A stretch of DNA of 63,932 nucleotides, the filler included, from an uncultured bacterium (GTDB taxonomy: Bacteria > CAYSBA01): NCBI GenBank assembly GCA_964429075.1. It is 7 parts of 7 records of this genome, joined end to end, with 100 filler letters (N's around TTAATTAATTAA, not from the genome) between each part and the next. Parts side by side here need not be neighbours in the genome. Positions count along the whole stretch, not along the records: positions 1 to 9,969 come from CAYSBA010000025.1; positions 10,070 to 19,957 come from CAYSBA010000027.1; 5 more parts are not named here. One strand, given 5' to 3'. Shown here piece by piece: positions 9,230 through 18,314 of the stretch. The notes below the pieces were generated by a model. It worked only from the letters and a program-made list of their open reading frames with translations. It was not told where the DNA came from and ran no database searches. The translations under genes were made by a program, and so were the position numbers. The first letter of the stretch is position 1, and each line of letters starts with the position of its first letter.

Positions 9230-9808
9230 TTATGAATTGTAGCGCTCTAAGACTCTATCCCAGTCTACAACATTCCACCAGGCTTCAATATAATCAGGCC
9301 GTCTGTTCTGATATTTTAGATAGTATGCATGCTCCCATACATCAATTGTTAAAAGGGCCTTAAGACCATGTCTGAGTGGAGTATCTGCATTTTGTGTCTG
9401 GATTATCTTAAGGCTGTCACCATCTTTCACAAGCCATGTCCAGCCAGAACCAAATAGTGTTGCTGCCTTTTGTGAAAACTCCTCCTTGAACTTTTCAAAG
9501 CTTCCAAAGGCATTATTTATTGCAGTCAAAAGGTCGCCTTCAGGTTTTGAACCACCTGGTTTCATGGATTCGAAATAGAAGGTATGATTCCATACTTGTG
9601 CTGCATTGTTGAATATACCGCCCTCTGCATTTTTTATTATCTCTTCGAGGGTCTTGTTTTGCCATTGAGGATCCTTTTCAATTGCAGCATTGAGTTTATT
9701 TACATAGCCTGCATGGTGTTTACCATGATGAATACGAAGGGTTTGTTCATCAATAAAGGGCTCCAATGCATCATACCCATAGGGTAACTCTGGCAGTTTA
9801 AAGGCCAT
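9230..9808 (-). CDS. sodB: Superoxide dismutase, Fe-type
   Basis: HHGKHH and DVWEHAYY; Fe-type signatures FNNAAQVWNH and TQNADTP; GGAGGAG SD before ATG 9808. Confidence 0.93.
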   Translation of the reverse strand: MAFKLPELPYGYDALEPFIDEQTLRIHHGKHHAGYVNKLNAAIEKDPQWQNKTLEEIIKNAEGGIFNNAAQVWNHTFYFESMKPGGSKPEGDLLTAINNAFGSFEKFKEEFSQKAATLFGSGWTWLVKDGDSLKIIQTQNADTPLRHGLKALLTIDVWEHAYYLKYQNRRPDYIEAWWNVVDWDRVLERYNS

Positions 9809-9838
9809 TTTCTCCTCCATCCTAAGGTTTGTTGAAAA

Positions 9839-9875
9839 TTATAATTATTTTAATTATCCACAAAACCAATGTCAA
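9839..9875 (-). promoter_or_regulatory. sodB sigma70 promoter overlapped by a PerR/Fur-like box
   Basis: Minus strand TTGACA-N17-TAAAAT; TTATAATTATTTTAA at 9839-9853 is one mismatch from the Per box TTATAATNATTATAA. Confidence 0.6.
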
Positions 9876-9969
9876 GGCTTAGGCTTAAAATTGGACTAAT
9901 ATGGAAAATATTTATATAAATTATTAAGTAAAAGATCAGGATGATCTCGTCAGGTAAGAAGATCAAAAG

Positions 9970-10069
9970 NNNNNNNNNNNNNNNNNNNNNNNNNNNNNNN
10001 NNNNNNNNNNNNNTTAATTAATTAANNNNNNNNNNNNNNNNNNNNNNNNNNNNNNNNNNNNNNNNNNNN
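9970..10069. other. Artificial contig-join spacer
   Basis: N run with central TTAATTAATTAA, 100 nt. Confidence 0.98.
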
Positions 10070-10246
10070 AAAAACCTCGGTACAAGACGTTTAAGTTATT
10101 CAAAAAACGATTATATTAAGATCATTATTGGGGAAGGCAGTCAGGGTGGTGACAATATAATGATTGACAATCCAATCATAGAGTTTGTAAGAAATGCCAG
10201 TGAAATTAGAGATTATTCAAAGGAATATTTCCTCAGGGCCAGATAA
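10070..10246 (+). CDS. 3' end of an unidentified CDS cut by the contig edge
   Basis: Open frame NLGTRRLSYSKNDYIKIIIGEGSQGG...YFLRAR*. Confidence 0.4.
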   Translation, partial: KNLGTRRLSYSKNDYIKIIIGEGSQGGDNIMIDNPIIEFVRNASEIRDYSKEYFLRAR

Positions 10247-10994
10247 AAAAACCATAAGGTCTATAACAGGGATAGGTCTTTTAATCATCATATTTTTGTT
10301 ATTAAGTTGCGCCACTCAAGAGTCTTTCCGAAAAAAAAGGGCATCTGAATTCAGATATAAAGCGGGTCTTACTCTATTTATACAGAAGCAGTACCAGCAG
10401 GCCCTTGAGGAATTTAACAAAGCACTGGAAAACGATCCTGACAGTTATGAGGCCCACAATGGTAAAGGTATGACCTATCTGGCGATTGGTATGATAGATC
10501 GTGCAGAAGATGAATTCAAAAAGGCGCTCGAATTAAAAAAAGATTATACAGATGCAATGTACAATCTGGGTTATCTCTATATTATCAAAAAAAGGTATAA
10601 AGATGCATCAAAATTATTTGAAAGGATCATAAAAGATCCACTTTATAGGAATACAAATGCTGCGCTGTCCTATTTAGGATGGTGTTATCACAAGATGAAC
10701 AATGACAAAAAGGCTATAGAAACAATTAATAAAGCCATAAAAAGACTCAGAAGCTTTTGTATGGCCTATAAGTTACTTGCAAAGATATTTGTTGACAGAA
10801 AAGATCTTGACAATGCAGAAAAGAATCTCATGCTGTATAAGAAATATTGCAATCAGATTGAAGAGCCCTATCTATTACTCTACGATTTTTACAAGCGTTT
10901 TGAAAAGGGTAAAAAAGTCAATGATATCCTGAATGAATGCATTGATAATGTACCCCAAAATGATAGCTGCAGGAGGCTAATTGAACGAAAGTAA
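10194..10994 (+). CDS. TPR lipoprotein, type IV pilus pilotin Tgl/PilF/PilW-like
   Basis: Lipobox LLSC, TPR repeats, DPLY motif, C-terminal Cys residues as in Tgl, and position just upstream of a rodZ-like gene. Confidence 0.75.
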   Translation: MPVKLEIIQRNISSGPDKKTIRSITGIGLLIIIFLLLSCATQESFRKKRASEFRYKAGLTLFIQKQYQQALEEFNKALENDPDSYEAHNGKGMTYLAIGMIDRAEDEFKKALELKKDYTDAMYNLGYLYIIKKRYKDASKLFERIIKDPLYRNTNAALSYLGWCYHKMNNDKKAIETINKAIKRLRSFCMAYKLLAKIFVDRKDLDNAEKNLMLYKKYCNQIEEPYLLLYDFYKRFEKGKKVNDILNECIDNVPQNDSCRRLIERK

Positions 10995-11376
10995 AGAGGA
11001 GAAAAAGGATTTTATTGAATCACCTGGTGCCTATTTGAAGCAGGAAAGAGAGCTTCGGGGTATTAATCTACGTGATGTGGCAGATCATATGAAGCTATCA
11101 CTCGATTGTCTGAAAAATCTTGAAGCTGACAATTATAAAGAACTACCTGCACCTGTATTTCTTAAAGGCTACTTTAAGACATATGCTGAATATCTCGGTC
11201 TTGATCCAAACGAGGTGTTGCTCATTTACGAACAGTATAAAAACTATATTGAAAATGAGAATCAAACCAAAGATATCGATAATACTTTGGAAAAAAAGAA
11301 AAAAAATTTATTAATTCTCTTTTTTCTTTTTGTGATAGCAATCCTTATCCTTATTTTATTTATCACAAGACAATGA
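10981..11376 (+). CDS. RodZ-like HTH membrane protein (short form)
   Basis: PGAYLKQERE...LPAPVFLKGYFKTYAEYLGLD HTH plus one C-terminal TM; no periplasmic domain. Confidence 0.8.
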   Translation: MNESKEEKKDFIESPGAYLKQERELRGINLRDVADHMKLSLDCLKNLEADNYKELPAPVFLKGYFKTYAEYLGLDPNEVLLIYEQYKNYIENENQTKDIDNTLEKKKKNLLILFFLFVIAILILILFITRQ

Positions 11377-12032
11377 ATCTTGTGGCGCTTAATACTGCCT
11401 GTGGGCATCTTGGATTTACAGAGGTTATAGATGGTAGATTTCAGACCACCCTGATTAAAGAGAGAAAACAACTTGATTCTGCACTTGCGCCACTTTTAGA
11501 AAAGGCCCTATATCAAACAAAAAGAATTGTAATAAATATAGGCCCGGGCAATTTCACCTCTTTGAGGGTTGGACTGGCACTTTCAGAAGGCCTATCTGTT
11601 ACCGGAAATTATAGCCTCTTTTCAGTAAACACCTTTATGGTCATGTTGTTTAAATATCTTAATGAGAACAAAAAAAAGAGAAAAAGGATACTATGCACTG
11701 TGGGTCTTACCGGTGGATCTATTGCTTTTTGTCATTATAAAATTATATACAACAGAGGTAAATATAGCATACAACCTTCTGAACCGGATCTAGTTGAGAA
11801 TATTTCAAAAAATAAACTCGACTGTATCTTGGATGACACAGATATTATCTTATCTTACAACGTAAACAAAGAAGAACTAAAAGGCATAGAGACTATCCCA
11901 GATCCTGATGGTGTGGCACTCGCCTTTATACATAGTGATAATAAAATGATAAAGCCTTTTCAGCCAGGCCAGGACGATGCACTGTATCTAAGAAAGAGTG
12001 ATGCAGAATTAAAATGGGTAAATTCAAGCTGA
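11373..12032 (+). CDS. tsaB: tRNA threonylcarbamoyladenosine biosynthesis protein TsaB (divergent)
   Basis: GPGNFTSLRVGLALSEGL and C-terminal LYLRKSDAE. Confidence 0.75.
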   Translation: MNLVALNTACGHLGFTEVIDGRFQTTLIKERKQLDSALAPLLEKALYQTKRIVINIGPGNFTSLRVGLALSEGLSVTGNYSLFSVNTFMVMLFKYLNENKKKRKRILCTVGLTGGSIAFCHYKIIYNRGKYSIQPSEPDLVENISKNKLDCILDDTDIILSYNVNKEELKGIETIPDPDGVALAFIHSDNKMIKPFQPGQDDALYLRKSDAELKWVNSS

Positions 12033-13999
12033 AGGCACCATACAAGCCAACCGGTGACCAGCCACAGGCAATTGAAAAGATCACCAAACGAATCTTAAGT
12101 GGCAAGAAATATACTGTATTGCTTGGAATAACAGGCAGTGGAAAGACCTTCACAATGGCAAACATAATATACCGTCTCCAAAGACCTGCACTTGTAATTG
12201 CTCCAAATAAGACCCTCGCAGCACAACTTTTTACAGAATTCAGAGAATTTTTCCCTGAAAATGCTGTTGGGTACTTTATAAGTTACTACGATTATTATCA
12301 ACCAGAGGCATACATTCCATCACAGGATCTTTATATTGAAAAAGACACATCTATGAATGAAGACCTCGACCGTCTAAGACATGCAGCAACAACCTCACTA
12401 TTTACGAGACGAGATTGTATTATAGTGGCAAGTGTCTCCTGCATCTATGGTCTTGGAGATTCCAAAAGTTATGCAGAATCAAGAATAGTGTTGCAAAGGG
12501 GGCAGGAAATATCACCAAGGGCCCTTATGAAAAAACTTGTAGCCATTGGATACAGGAGAAATCAGGCAGTACTTGAAAGGGGCACATTTAGACTATCGGG
12601 AGATGCTCTTTTCATTTTTCCTGCCGATCAATTTGAGAAGATAATAAGGATTGATTTCTTTGATGATTATATAGAAAGAATCCTTTTTATGGATAACCTG
12701 TATCGTTCTAATAGAACAGAGCTTGAGAAGATTACAATATTCCCTGCAACTCATTATCTTTTACCCTGGGGTAGAAAAGAGATTGCTCTTGAAGCTATCA
12801 GAAAGGAACTGAATGAAAGGATAAAACACTTTGAGAAGGAACATAAATTTATTGAGGCACAAAGACTTGCACAACGAACACTCTATGATTTAGAGATGAT
12901 AGAACAGACAGGCACATGCCCTGGGATAGAAAATTATTCCCGGCACCTTACAGGGAGAAAGGAGGGTGAGCCTCCAGCAACACTTTTAGACTATTTCCCC
13001 GATGATTTTATTGTATTTATAGACGAAAGTCACATCACGATACCGCAGCTCAGGGCAATGTATAGAGGAGATAGGTCCAGGAAAGAAACCCTTGTTGAAT
13101 ATGGTTTCAGATTACCATCCTGTCTCGACAACAGACCTCTTACATTCGAAGAATTTTTGGAAAGAACGCCTCAGATTGTATTTGTCTCTGCTACTCCAGG
13201 TGATTTTGAATTGAACTGTACTCATGGAGAAGTGGTAGAACAGCTGATACGGCCAACTGGCCTTGTTGATCCAGAATGTGAGATAAGAAATTCTGAAAAT
13301 CAGATTGAAGATGTGATAAAAGAGGTAAAAAAGAGGGCCCAAAGAGATGAAAGATCTCTGATAACAACACTGACTAAAAGGATGGCAGAGGTGCTGTCTG
13401 AACATTTTCAGGAAAATGGGATTAGAGCAAGGTACCTACACTCAGAGATTGATACCCTTGAACGTTCAAAGATCCTGCGAGAGCTTAGACGTGGTGACTT
13501 TGACTGCCTTATAGGGATAAATCTTTTGAGAGAAGGACTGGATCTACCTGAGGTATCACTTGTTGCAATACTTGATGCAGATAGAGAAGGTTTTTTACGT
13601 AGCGAGCGTGCACTTATTCAGACAATGGGCAGGGCTGCAAGAAATATTAATGGTAAGGTAATACTTTATGGTGAAAGGATCACAGAAGCAATGAGAAAGG
13701 CTGTAGATGAGACCAACAGAAGGAGGAAAATACAGATAAAATACAACAAAGAACACAACATTACACCACAAACCATCAAATCTAAAATAAAGATAATGCC
13801 CTACTCAGATGGTGGTATAAAAGACATGGACGAAATTATAGGACCTTCAAACAGGTTTGATCTCGAAAAGAGCAAAAAACTAATAGAGGAGCTAACAAAA
13901 AAGATGTTTGAACATGCTCAGAATCTTGAGTTTGAAGAGGCTGCAAAATTGCGGGATAGAATAAAAAGGATCAAAGAGTTGATTTTGCGCTATGGATGA
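12014..13999 (+). CDS. uvrB: Excinuclease ABC subunit B
   Basis: GITGSGKT, YYDYYQPEAY, DESH, GINLLREGLD and C-terminal UVR domain. Confidence 0.98.
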   Translation: MGKFKLKAPYKPTGDQPQAIEKITKRILSGKKYTVLLGITGSGKTFTMANIIYRLQRPALVIAPNKTLAAQLFTEFREFFPENAVGYFISYYDYYQPEAYIPSQDLYIEKDTSMNEDLDRLRHAATTSLFTRRDCIIVASVSCIYGLGDSKSYAESRIVLQRGQEISPRALMKKLVAIGYRRNQAVLERGTFRLSGDALFIFPADQFEKIIRIDFFDDYIERILFMDNLYRSNRTELEKITIFPATHYLLPWGRKEIALEAIRKELNERIKHFEKEHKFIEAQRLAQRTLYDLEMIEQTGTCPGIENYSRHLTGRKEGEPPATLLDYFPDDFIVFIDESHITIPQLRAMYRGDRSRKETLVEYGFRLPSCLDNRPLTFEEFLERTPQIVFVSATPGDFELNCTHGEVVEQLIRPTGLVDPECEIRNSENQIEDVIKEVKKRAQRDERSLITTLTKRMAEVLSEHFQENGIRARYLHSEIDTLERSKILRELRRGDFDCLIGINLLREGLDLPEVSLVAILDADREGFLRSERALIQTMGRAARNINGKVILYGERITEAMRKAVDETNRRRKIQIKYNKEHNITPQTIKSKIKIMPYSDGGIKDMDEIIGPSNRFDLEKSKKLIEELTKKMFEHAQNLEFEEAAKLRDRIKRIKELILRYG

Positions 14000-15611
14000 A
14001 GAGCTAAAAGAAACTCTGAAAAATATCCCTCAATCATGTGGTGTGTATAAATTTTATGATCAGCAGGGCAGTCTACTCTATGTGGGCAAGGCAAAGAACC
14101 TAAGGAGTCGTATACTATCATATTTTGGTGATACAGATAAAAGACCCTATGTGGACTGGATTAAAAGACGTATAAAACATGTTGAGTTTGTTGTCACAAA
14201 GAATGTCATTGATGCAATGATACTTGAAAACGAGCTTATAAAACGTTTGTCGCCAGAATACAACATAAAATTAAAGGATGATAAGAATTTTCTTGTGCTT
14301 AGAATTGCAAAAGAGAGTAGCTTCCCAAAGATCGAGCTTACAAGAAGGATAGATAGCAAAAAGTATAGATATTTCGGACCCTTTTCGAGTGCTGCTGATG
14401 CAAGGGCTGTAAAAAAAATTGTGATGCGTCTTTTTGGATTAAGGACATGCAATGATTCAAAGTTTAAAAGACACAAAAATTCAGCCTGCATTCTAAAACA
14501 GATAAACAGATGTAGTGGACCATGTGATGGGTCAATATCAAAAGAGGACTATCAAAGGCTTGTGGAGGATGCAATAGACTTTTTAAGTGGTAAAATTGAT
14601 AAAACCCGTTCAGAAATAGAAAAGTCAATGTTTGATGCTGCAAGAAATCTTGAGTTTGAAAGGGCAGCCTATTTTCGTAACCTGCTAATCACGATTGAAA
14701 GTATGAGTTCACAGAGATCCTGTTTTGAAGGTGTAAAAGATGCCATTGCCTTTGGAATTACAAAAGATCAAGAAAACATTTTCATAGGCATTGCAAGGGT
14801 GGCAAACAGCAGGCTCTTCGAATCGAGTGTCCTCAGATTTGAAAACAACCAGATAAGTATAGAAGATACTGTTTCGCAGTTTTTATTGGACTTTTTTTCT
14901 ACTGGATTCCCGGTACCTTCCACAGTTGTAATCTCAGAAAGGCCCTCAAACCTCGATAACTTAGAAGAATATCTTTCTAAATTAAGTGGACACAGAACAA
15001 AAATAGTCATTCCAAAGAGAGGTAGATTAAAGGCCCTTATGGATTTTGCAAAAGAAAATGCAGCTATTGGATTGAACAATCTTAAGGAAAGAAAAAAACG
15101 CCTGTTTGAAGATCTCCAACATATCCAGCAAAGACTTGGATTAAACAGGCTACCATATATAATAGAAGGATTTGATGTATCAAACCTTGGAGACAGATGG
15201 ACAGTTGGTGCAATGGTCGTCTATATAAATGGTATTGAGGAGACAAAAAGATTCAGGAAGTTCAGGCTTGATGAAATAGCAAGAAACGATCAGGAGGCAA
15301 TATACAGGATGTTAAAGAAACGACTCAACAGTCTATCTATTTTCTGGCAACCCGATCTTATCCTTATAGATGGTGGTACCATACAGCTAAAAGCAGCATT
15401 AAGGGCTATCAGAGAAATTGGGAAAAATAATATTGAGGTTGTTGCAATTGCAAAGGGAGACAGGGATAGATTATTTAGGGCAGGACATAAAGATGCTATT
15501 ACAATCAAAGGTACATCTGACCCTCTTTTTTTACTGAGTAAAATTAGAGATAGGGTGCACTCATTTGTTCTTGGATATCACAAAAACATTAGAAACAGAG
15601 AGTGGTTATAG
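13992..15611 (+). CDS. uvrC: Excinuclease ABC subunit C lacking the C-terminal HhH domain
   Basis: GIY-YIG (GVY...YVGKAKNLR), four-Cys region, UVR domain, RNase H-like domain (FDVSN, LIDGG). Confidence 0.93.
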   Translation: MDEELKETLKNIPQSCGVYKFYDQQGSLLYVGKAKNLRSRILSYFGDTDKRPYVDWIKRRIKHVEFVVTKNVIDAMILENELIKRLSPEYNIKLKDDKNFLVLRIAKESSFPKIELTRRIDSKKYRYFGPFSSAADARAVKKIVMRLFGLRTCNDSKFKRHKNSACILKQINRCSGPCDGSISKEDYQRLVEDAIDFLSGKIDKTRSEIEKSMFDAARNLEFERAAYFRNLLITIESMSSQRSCFEGVKDAIAFGITKDQENIFIGIARVANSRLFESSVLRFENNQISIEDTVSQFLLDFFSTGFPVPSTVVISERPSNLDNLEEYLSKLSGHRTKIVIPKRGRLKALMDFAKENAAIGLNNLKERKKRLFEDLQHIQQRLGLNRLPYIIEGFDVSNLGDRWTVGAMVVYINGIEETKRFRKFRLDEIARNDQEAIYRMLKKRLNSLSIFWQPDLILIDGGTIQLKAALRAIREIGKNNIEVVAIAKGDRDRLFRAGHKDAITIKGTSDPLFLLSKIRDRVHSFVLGYHKNIRNREWL

Positions 15612-15615
15612 TTGA

Positions 15616-15813
15616 TCAGGATTTCTTTTTTAATTCTTCAATCTTTTCTTTCAGCTGCAATTTTTTCATCTTCATCTTCTTTACTTCTACATACTCCTCA
15701 TTTGTAAGATATACCTTTTTTTCCTTTTCCTTGATCGTTCTATCTAGTGCACGATGCTCTGCAATAAGTCTTTCAAGATCTTCTGGACTATTCAAAACAG
15801 GGCCTTTTTGCAT
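15616..15813 (-). CDS. DUF465/YdcH-like coiled-coil protein
   Basis: RLIAEHRALDRTI...KMKKLQLKEKI; GGAGGG SD. Confidence 0.7.
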   Translation of the reverse strand: MQKGPVLNSPEDLERLIAEHRALDRTIKEKEKKVYLTNEEYVEVKKMKMKKLQLKEKIEELKKKS

Positions 15814-15900
15814 AATACCCTCCAATCAAAAAGTAACCTTGACACCACTTAAATATATTAATACATTACCCTTTCTATGTCAATTTTAATTTCTGTATAA

Positions 15901-16662
15901 TTATTTTATTGAGAATCTGCCTGCCTCAAGTTCTGGGACGAGCAGATGTCTCTTTTTTAAAGAATAGAAGATATCCGCAGGTGATTTAAGATTGGAATAT
16001 ACAACCTCAGAAGCAACAACCTCTCCCTTTTTGACAACTATCTTTACAATATTCCCTGAACGATACCCTGTTAGATAGTAACTGCCTGCACCTGCATATG
16101 TAATTCCATCTCCACCTGCAATCTTAGTAGATTCATAGATCTTTATATTCTTTCTGCCATCAAAAACATAGAGGGAACCGGGATCTGTAAAGCTGATAAC
16201 GAACAAACCCTCTTTTGTTTCAAGAAGACCATTTGGTTTTGGTAAAACTGTCAGGATTGTCACCCCATTTTTTCTGCTATAATAAAAAACCTTATTTCCA
16301 AAGGTATCAGAGATTACAAGACCAGACTTATATGTGGTTATATCGTTTAAAAATTTTGGTTTTTCAGGGAAATCATTGGATGAAAGGAAGATCTTTTTCT
16401 TGCCTTTGAAATCAATCTGCCAGATTCTATCTACATCTGTCACATACAGTTTATTATTAAAGACACAGATTCCTTTTGGATCCTTTAACCCATCTGTAAG
16501 GATTGAGAATTTACCCTTTTTATAAATCAAGATCCTTCCATCATCTTTGCCGAACTGGCCAATATCAGAAACAAAGATCCTGCCCCTGTATTCCACAGCA
16601 CTCTCAGGATGCACAGGCATAAGGGAACTGGCAACCAACAACAATGCTAAAAACTTCATCAT
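15901..16662 (-). CDS. Exported SMP-30/gluconolactonase-like beta-propeller protein
   Basis: Signal peptide; PES, PKG, FLNDI, PNGL, GDGI and PADI blade motifs. Confidence 0.8.
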   Translation of the reverse strand: MMKFLALLLVASSLMPVHPESAVEYRGRIFVSDIGQFGKDDGRILIYKKGKFSILTDGLKDPKGICVFNNKLYVTDVDRIWQIDFKGKKKIFLSSNDFPEKPKFLNDITTYKSGLVISDTFGNKVFYYSRKNGVTILTVLPKPNGLLETKEGLFVISFTDPGSLYVFDGRKNIKIYESTKIAGGDGITYAGAGSYYLTGYRSGNIVKIVVKKGEVVASEVVYSNLKSPADIFYSLKKRHLLVPELEAGRFSIK

Positions 16663-16810
16663 CAGGCCTCCCAATAAAGTTTATTAAAAGATTAACAAAA
16701 TTTTCTGTCACATTCAAGGGTCAAATCAACTCTTGTATGAAATAGAGACAGAAAAATCAAAAAGTTGCAAAAAACTAAAAAGCCACTTATTTAGGATTCC
16801 TGAATATTTG

Positions 16811-16828
16811 TTTGACTAAAATGTCAAA
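16811..16828. promoter_or_regulatory. Palindromic operator over the -35 of the porin gene
   Basis: TTTGAC-TAAAAT-GTCAAA. Confidence 0.45.
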
Positions 16829-16868
16829 GATATATATTTACAAAAAAATTTATTCAGGAGGTGGTACT

Positions 16869-18245
16869 ATGAAAAGTAGAATCTTTTTTCTTATGAGCTT
16901 TATCTTTCTATCTGGAAGTGCACTCGCGGGCGTATCTAAATCCCACAATGTCTGCAACAGATCAGATCAAAAAAACAGACTGGTTGCCTGCGAAAAGGAT
17001 AACAAAAAAGATGATGGGCATCATGAGATAGATAAATCTCAATATATGAAAATGCTCGGTATGAAAAAACACATGGGTGAACACTGTAAGATGCACAATC
17101 TGAAAATCAACTTTGAATATCGCCCCAGATACGAACACAAAGAAGGAAAAGATTTTAAGGTGGGCAATGTGTCTCGAACAATAAATCACAGAGCAAGGCT
17201 CAATATTGGATACAGGTTGAGAGATGTTGGATCGATATTCCTTCAGTTTCAGGATGTTAGATACTGGGGTGAAGAGATGGATACCCTGAAAGACTATTCT
17301 GCAGATGGATTTGATCTACATCAGGCATTTGTAAAGCTTAACCTTGGTCAAAATACATCTCTAAAAGTGGGTCGTCAGGAGATTATTATTGCTAATCACA
17401 GACTTGTAGGCAATGTTGGATGGACACCCAACGCCCGTTCATTTGACGGAGTTGTCTTTGATTACCTTGGAGATCTATTTAAATTAAAGGGATTCTTCAC
17501 AAGGATAAGTGATGCTACACTATCTGGTGGATCTCCGACAGAGAATGTCGATTTTGGAGGTGTCTATCTAACAAAGAGATTCCTTGACATAATTAATACC
17601 GGCCTAATTGTCCTTGTTAGATACAATGAAGGTGCCGTAGCAGGCAATGAACCTACTGATGTTACAAACACAACTGGTGTTATTGCTGACGGCAGATATG
17701 ATGGCTTCAATTTCGGTGGTGAGTTCTACTATCAACTAAACTTTACTGAAGAAAAAGATACCTATGCATATTTTTATGCCCTAAGAGGTGGTTATACCCT
17801 TAAAAATATTGTTTACAGACCAGGTCTTAAATTATTTTTTGAAAGGGCATCTGGTGCAACAGACAAAACCTCTACATTCGACACAATGTATGCAACAAAT
17901 CACAAATTCTACGGAGAGATGGATTTCTTTTTAAATCTCCCAGTCAACACCGATAACAGGGGTCTCCAAGATCTTGGTATAACCTTAATTGCTACACCAT
18001 TTAAAAAGGCAAAGTTCTTTGCAACATTTCACAATTTCAAAGCAACCGTCAAGGTAAATGATGATCCTGTCGACTTTGGTAATGAGATCGACCTAAAACT
18101 TGTCTATCATTTTAACAGAAACATCTCCATCGACGGTCTATATGGTATCTTTCTCCCTGGTGAATTAATGAAACAACTAAAGGGTGTAACAGATAATTCA
18201 AAATCTGAGAATTACTTTTACAGCACCTTTAAAGTTAAGTTCTAA
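16869..18245 (+). CDS. Alginate-export (AlgE-like) family outer-membrane porin
   Basis: RPRYE, QDVRYWG, KVGRQE, RLVGNVGW...RSFDG, YATNHKFYGEMDFF, GNEIDL, terminal Phe; GGAGGTG SD before ATG 16869. Confidence 0.88.
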   Translation: MKSRIFFLMSFIFLSGSALAGVSKSHNVCNRSDQKNRLVACEKDNKKDDGHHEIDKSQYMKMLGMKKHMGEHCKMHNLKINFEYRPRYEHKEGKDFKVGNVSRTINHRARLNIGYRLRDVGSIFLQFQDVRYWGEEMDTLKDYSADGFDLHQAFVKLNLGQNTSLKVGRQEIIIANHRLVGNVGWTPNARSFDGVVFDYLGDLFKLKGFFTRISDATLSGGSPTENVDFGGVYLTKRFLDIINTGLIVLVRYNEGAVAGNEPTDVTNTTGVIADGRYDGFNFGGEFYYQLNFTEEKDTYAYFYALRGGYTLKNIVYRPGLKLFFERASGATDKTSTFDTMYATNHKFYGEMDFFLNLPVNTDNRGLQDLGITLIATPFKKAKFFATFHNFKATVKVNDDPVDFGNEIDLKLVYHFNRNISIDGLYGIFLPGELMKQLKGVTDNSKSENYFYSTFKVKF

Positions 18246-18271
18246 GGACTGTTGATCAAAAATTGTTCGTT

Positions 18272-18309
18272 AAAAAAATAAGGGTGCCTCTTTTGGCACC
18301 CTCTTTTTT
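18272..18309. terminator. Bidirectional terminator
   Basis: A-tract, AGGGTGCC-TCTTTT-GGCACCCT, T-tract between convergent genes. Confidence 0.8.
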
Positions 18310-18314
18310 ATTAT

